NCBI GenBank assembly: GCA_965248055.1
Contig: CBDFIJ010000004.1
Location: 2,624,001 to 2,688,000, forward strand
Source of the DNA: Candidatus Multivoradales bacterium
GTDB lineage: Bacteria > Acidobacteriota > Thermoanaerobaculia > Multivoradales > JAHEKO01
DNA length: 64,000 nucleotides
Direction of reading: 5' to 3'
A program made the position numbers and the translations under genes. The notes beneath the pieces are model-generated. The model was not told the DNA's origin, did no database searches, and worked only from the letters and a program-made list of their open reading frames with translations. Below are positions 59,890 to 64,000 of the stretch, one piece after another. Every line of letters begins with the position of its first letter. Within the stretch, counting starts at the first letter, position 1.

Positions 59890-60762
59890 TCATCCTCTCG
59901 GTGCCTGGGCGCGCAAAACAGCGCGCAGTGCTTGCCGCCAATGAACTGCATCCATGGTCAGTTCTTTCCGGCTTTCACGGCCATCCAGGATGCTCATTTT
60001 GGGCCGGGTCGCTGGGGTTGGATACTCCTCAGTCGGGATCGGTTCGATGCGGCCGGGTTGTTCCAAGATCTCCATGGCTTCAGCCTCTTCAGAGATCGCC
60101 ATTGCGAAGTCGTACCAACTGGCGATCCCACAGTCAGACCAATGCCGAATTCCGCTTGCATCCGGCTGTTCGACCCACGCCCAAACTGCCTTCGCCAGTC
60201 CCGCCGTAGAGGTTGGGCAGCCGATCTGGTCGTTGACCACCCGTACCGCGCCGTTGGCGGCCAACAGCCTAAGCATGGTGTTAAGGAAATTTGCTCCAGT
60301 CGGACCGTACAACCAGGAGGTCCGGACGATCAGAGCCCGATTCGCAAGGATATCTTGAGCCGCATCTTCTCCCGCTAACTTGCTGCGTCCATAGACGGAG
60401 ATCGGCTTGGGTCGATCTGAGGGACGGTAGGCCCGATTGAGGCTGCCGTCAAAGACAAAGTCGGTCGAAATCTGGATCAAGCGTGCATGGTGTTGGGCCA
60501 CGATTTGAGCCAGATTCTTGACCCCTTCCGCATTCACCGCAAAAGCTTCCTCAGCTTCCGTTTCGGCCAAATCAACTTGGGTATAGGCGGCTGCATTGAC
60601 GATGACGTCAGGTTTTGCGTCGGCACAGAACTTGGCTGTCGATCCTGCGTCAGTGAGATCTAGTTCCTGCCGGGTGGGGGAAAAACAGGGGGTTCCTTTG
60701 GGAGCATGCAGGCGCAACGCTTGTCCCAGTTGCCCGGAACCACCGGTGACGACGACTCGCAT
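59890..60762 (-). CDS. rmlD: dTDP-4-dehydrorhamnose reductase
   Basis: GGSGQLG, NAAAYT, STDFVFDG and YGRSK motifs. Confidence 0.95.
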   Translation of the reverse strand: MRVVVTGGSGQLGQALRLHAPKGTPCFSPTRQELDLTDAGSTAKFCADAKPDVIVNAAAYTQVDLAETEAEEAFAVNAEGVKNLAQIVAQHHARLIQISTDFVFDGSLNRAYRPSDRPKPISVYGRSKLAGEDAAQDILANRALIVRTSWLYGPTGANFLNTMLRLLAANGAVRVVNDQIGCPTSTAGLAKAVWAWVEQPDASGIRHWSDCGIASWYDFAMAISEEAEAMEILEQPGRIEPIPTEEYPTPATRPKMSILDGRESRKELTMDAVHWRQALRAVLRAQAPRG

Positions 60763-61304
60763 CAGAAGGTCTCCGCTTCGCAGAATCGAACCGCGCCTCG
60801 GTCTTGGTCTGAAAGCAGGGGTTCATTGTTGGCGACTGGCCACTTAATAGCCAAGTCAGAATCATTCCAGAGAATGCTTCTTTGATCCTCTCTGAAGTAC
60901 CTCTCCGTACACTTGTACACCACATCAGCGACTGCTGAAAGGACAAAAAACCCGTGTGCAAACGTGGGAGGTATCCACAACATGTGATGGTTGCTGTCGG
61001 AGAGCTTGAAGCCTTGCCATTGACCGAACGTGGGGGAGTCGCGCTCTAAATCAAGTGCGACATCGAAAATCGAACCGGTGGCGGCGCGAACCAGTTTCCC
61101 TTGTAGGTGGCTAACTTGGTAATGGAGTCCACGCAATACGCCACGTAGTGAGCGCGAATGATTGTCTTGGACAAATTCGTTGTGTAGGTCGAGCTGATCA
61201 GCGAGTTGTGGGTTCCAGGTCTCGGCAAAAAAGCCACGACTATCGCCGTGAACTTTCGGCGTAATGAGCTTGACGCCCCGGAGTTGGGTGGGTTGAACGT
61301 CCAT
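60762..61304 (-). CDS. rmlC: dTDP-4-dehydrorhamnose 3,5-epimerase
   Basis: DSRGFF, QDNHSRS, LRGLHYQ and FAHGF motifs. Confidence 0.95.
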   Translation of the reverse strand: MDVQPTQLRGVKLITPKVHGDSRGFFAETWNPQLADQLDLHNEFVQDNHSRSLRGVLRGLHYQVSHLQGKLVRAATGSIFDVALDLERDSPTFGQWQGFKLSDSNHHMLWIPPTFAHGFFVLSAVADVVYKCTERYFREDQRSILWNDSDLAIKWPVANNEPLLSDQDRGAVRFCEAETF

Positions 61305-61318
61305 GAACGACTCAGTGC

Positions 61319-62218
61319 TTAGGAAGTCGATGCAGCGCTTACCAAGTTTAGGAGGTACTCGCCGTAGCTCGTGTCCGCGTAGCTTTCGGCCGCTCTTTGG
61401 AGCTCGGAGCGATCGATAAACCCCATGGTAAAAGCGACCTCTTCCGGGCAGGCGATCTTCATTCCTTGGCGTGCTTCAATGACTTTGACGAAGTTGGCCG
61501 CATCGAGCAAAGACTCGTGGGTCCCCATATCCAGCCAGGCGGTTCCGCGTGGCAGCAGTTCAACTTTGAGTCGATCTTGTTTGAGATAGGCTCGGTTGAC
61601 ATCGGTGATCTCCAGTTCGCCTCGCGCAGAAGGTAGCACCGAGCGCGCAATCCCGGCTGCGTCTCCGTCATAGAAGTAGAGCCCGGGGATCGCCCAAGGA
61701 GACTTCGGTTTATTAGGTTTTTCGACCAGGGCGAGAGGTTGTCCAGCAGCGTTGAGTTCAACCACGCCATAACGAGATGGGTCGCGAACACGGTAGCCAA
61801 AAATCGTTGCTCCATTGTTATTCAGTGTCGCGGATCGTAGGGTCTTGGACAAGCCCGCAGCGTAGAGAATGTTGTCGCCGAGAATCAGGGCGACCGGTTG
61901 CTGCTGGCAAAACTCCTCTCCAATTAAGAGAGCTTGAGCGATCCCTTGCGGTTCCGGTTGAACTGCGTAGCTGATGTCAAGGCCCCATTGGGAGCCGTCT
62001 TTCAGCAGCGATTGGTAGAGCTGCTGGTCGTGAGGGCCGGTGATCACCAAGATGGAACGAATCCCCGAAAGCATGAGGGTGGTCAGCGGGTAGTAGACCA
62101 TCGGTTTGTCGTAGACCGGTAGCAACTGTTTGCTAATCGTTTCTGTCAGTGGACGCAAGCGAGTCCCCGAACCCCCACTGAGCAGGATGCCGCGGTAATC
62201 GGCGTGCCGATTGTTCAT
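61319..62218 (-). CDS. rmlA: Glucose-1-phosphate thymidylyltransferase
   Basis: GGSGTRL, SKQLLPVYDKPM, LGDN, EKP and RGELEITD motifs. Confidence 0.95.
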   Translation of the reverse strand: MNNRHADYRGILLSGGSGTRLRPLTETISKQLLPVYDKPMVYYPLTTLMLSGIRSILVITGPHDQQLYQSLLKDGSQWGLDISYAVQPEPQGIAQALLIGEEFCQQQPVALILGDNILYAAGLSKTLRSATLNNNGATIFGYRVRDPSRYGVVELNAAGQPLALVEKPNKPKSPWAIPGLYFYDGDAAGIARSVLPSARGELEITDVNRAYLKQDRLKVELLPRGTAWLDMGTHESLLDAANFVKVIEARQGMKIACPEEVAFTMGFIDRSELQRAAESYADTSYGEYLLNLVSAASTS

Positions 62219-63195
62219 CAGTAGGCTCCTTTTGCGGTTAGGACTGCGGGCAGTGTCTCCAACAGGATTTTAGTGTCGAGCCAAAACGACCAGCGATCGA
62301 TGTAGGAGAAATCCATGTCGATGCAAGCTTCAAACCCAATGTCACTGCTTCCGGATACCTGCCACAGCCCGGTCATTCCGGAGCGCATCGCAAGCCGCCG
62401 CCGTGTTCGAGGTTCATAGTGCTCGACCTCGGCGGGGATCGGCGGCCGTGGCCCCACCAGACTCATGCTGCCAGTCAACACATTCCAGAGTTGCGGCAGC
62501 TCGTCGATACTGAAGTGTCGTAGAAATCCACCGATCTTGGTCACCCTGGGATCGTGGTGGGCCTTGAAGACCGGTCCATCGACTGAATCTCGAACCGCCA
62601 GATCGATCTTGCGCTGTTGAGAGTCAATCACCATGGTGCGGAACTTGTACAGGGTAAAGGGACGTCCATTGAGGCCCATCCGAGTCTGTCTGAAGAGGAA
62701 TGGTCTTCCCGAGTGAACCAAAATGAGCCCGGCAACGAACAGCAGCGCTGGGCTGAGGACCACCAAGAGCCCAAAGAAACGGGTCGCTGGCCTCTGGGCG
62801 ATTAGCAGTAACGCCCCAGTGACGACCCATATTCCCAGCAACTTCCGGCTTAGCCCGTTGCGAGCGAGGAATACTCGATCGATTCGGGTTATGAATAGCA
62901 AGCCAGAGGCGAGAACAGCGGCGGTCACAGTGGAAAATAGAAGCTCTCCAGCTTCCGACAGAAGTGATCGTCTCCGGTGCGAATTGGTTGATCCGGCTGT
63001 GATCAGCCCGATCAACCAAGGTATGAGCACCAGGGGCAAGAGAAACCAGTAGGCGAAGAGCGGAGCCAGCTCGGAGTTGCTGCCGAAGTGGAACCTAGTA
63101 CGTAGTCGGTAGGTAATTGGGAGAGCTAGCGCGATCGCCACCAGATCCGACATTGCCAGGCCGAAAGCGACCAGTCGCGCCGCTCCTTTGAGCAT
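62218..63195 (-). CDS. Polyprenyl glycosylphosphotransferase (WcaJ/WbaP-like), apparently internally deleted
   Basis: Four N-terminal TMs join directly to the catalytic domain ([23 protein letters not shown]). The central domain and the KR..D motif are absent. Confidence 0.75.
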   Translation of the reverse strand: MLKGAARLVAFGLAMSDLVAIALALPITYRLRTRFHFGSNSELAPLFAYWFLLPLVLIPWLIGLITAGSTNSHRRRSLLSEAGELLFSTVTAAVLASGLLFITRIDRVFLARNGLSRKLLGIWVVTGALLLIAQRPATRFFGLLVVLSPALLFVAGLILVHSGRPFLFRQTRMGLNGRPFTLYKFRTMVIDSQQRKIDLAVRDSVDGPVFKAHHDPRVTKIGGFLRHFSIDELPQLWNVLTGSMSLVGPRPPIPAEVEHYEPRTRRRLAMRSGMTGLWQVSGSSDIGFEACIDMDFSYIDRWSFWLDTKILLETLPAVLTAKGAY

Positions 63196-64000
63196 TATGA
63201 AATGTCCTGCGAGACGTTTGTCGACAAGTCTTGGGGCGCTAGCCGATGAAATATCTGCGTCAGCGTATCTGCGGTGCGCTCCCAAGAAAACTGCTCCCGA
63301 GTTCGCAATTCCACTTGTCGTCCCTGATCTGCCACCGCCGATGGATTCGCCAGCAGCGCATTGATGGCCTGGGTCAGTGTCTCAGGGTTGTCGGCTTGAA
63401 AGTAGATCGCTTGGTCGCCGGCTGTCTCGCGATTTTCTGGGGTGTCATTGACCAGAACGCGGTTGTCGAAACCCATAGCTTCCACCAGAGCGGGATGGGT
63501 CCCCCCGATTTTAGTGGCTTGGATGTAAGCAAAAGCGTTCGCAAGCAGTTCTAGATATTGCATTCCATACCTCGGCCCAAGAAACCTGACACGGTGGTCC
63601 TTTGCCTCGCGTAACTTTCTCACGAATCGGTCGGCGTAGGGCGCCCAGCCAACCATCACCAGTGACAAGTCTCCATTGGCTTGGGCGTAGACTTCGATCA
63701 CTCGATGGGGTTGTTCCCCGGTTCAAATCTGCTGACATAGAGAAAGTAGCGTTGCGGCTTAAGCCCCAATTCGTCGAGGGTCCGCCCAGTTTCGAGGGCA
63801 TAGATGCGACCCCGTAGGGTACAACGTCGGAGTCCATCCGGTACTTGTCTAAGTAATATTCCGGGATAACCCCTGAGTCAGTTACCAGGGCGTTGGGAAG
63901 CTTGACCGACAATCGCTCTGATATCGCGTATGCGGATCTGGTTAGTGGACCCCACTTCGCGCGATGTTTTTCGATTCCATCAACATGCAGCGCGGTCTTG
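63195..64000 (-). pseudogene. GT4 glycosyltransferase (DUF1972-type), partial at window edge, two frameshifts
   Basis: VDGIEK..AKW...TDS, then YFLYVSRFEPGNN, then GGTHPALVEAM lie in three different frames, with shifts near 63785 and 63705. Confidence 0.8.

Overview
A 64-kb, moderately GC-rich bacterial chromosomal window read in the standard code: TGA is a normal stop in many ATGA-coupled gene pairs. The gene repertoire suggests an anaerobic or facultative diderm, possibly Acidobacteriota (inference only). The top signal is at the left end. A di-heme (DHOR/MauG-superfamily) oxidoreductase gene is translationally coupled to a gene that the ORF track truncates. That gene really starts at 1023 with a strong SD and a signal peptide, has a single in-frame TGA in an N-terminal H-A-P-A-[TGA]-H motif, and has a bacterial-SECIS-like hairpin just downstream, making it a candidate new secreted selenoprotein with a dedicated di-heme partner. 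The window also holds an MtrAB-type decaheme/porin conduit with divergent NapC and monoheme cytochromes, and a putative defence/conflict island (4TM, DUF2235 lipase, MBL hydrolase, DUF6119) at a hotspot marked by a decayed duplicate of the mtrB 3' end. Further along are a ppk2-ppk2-PFOR-DHODH-like-pdxH-tnaA run, hipBA bracketed by a duplicated hydrolase 5' end, a sigma54-driven His/Arg-rich secreted protein, and a RAPP arrest-peptide leader whose codons base-pair with the SD of a TonB receptor. A class I benzoyl-CoA reductase operon, an ECF/vWA pair, an unexplained tandem covarying pseudoknot-like repeat, secreted hydrolases and a partly decayed rml/glycosyltransferase locus complete the window.
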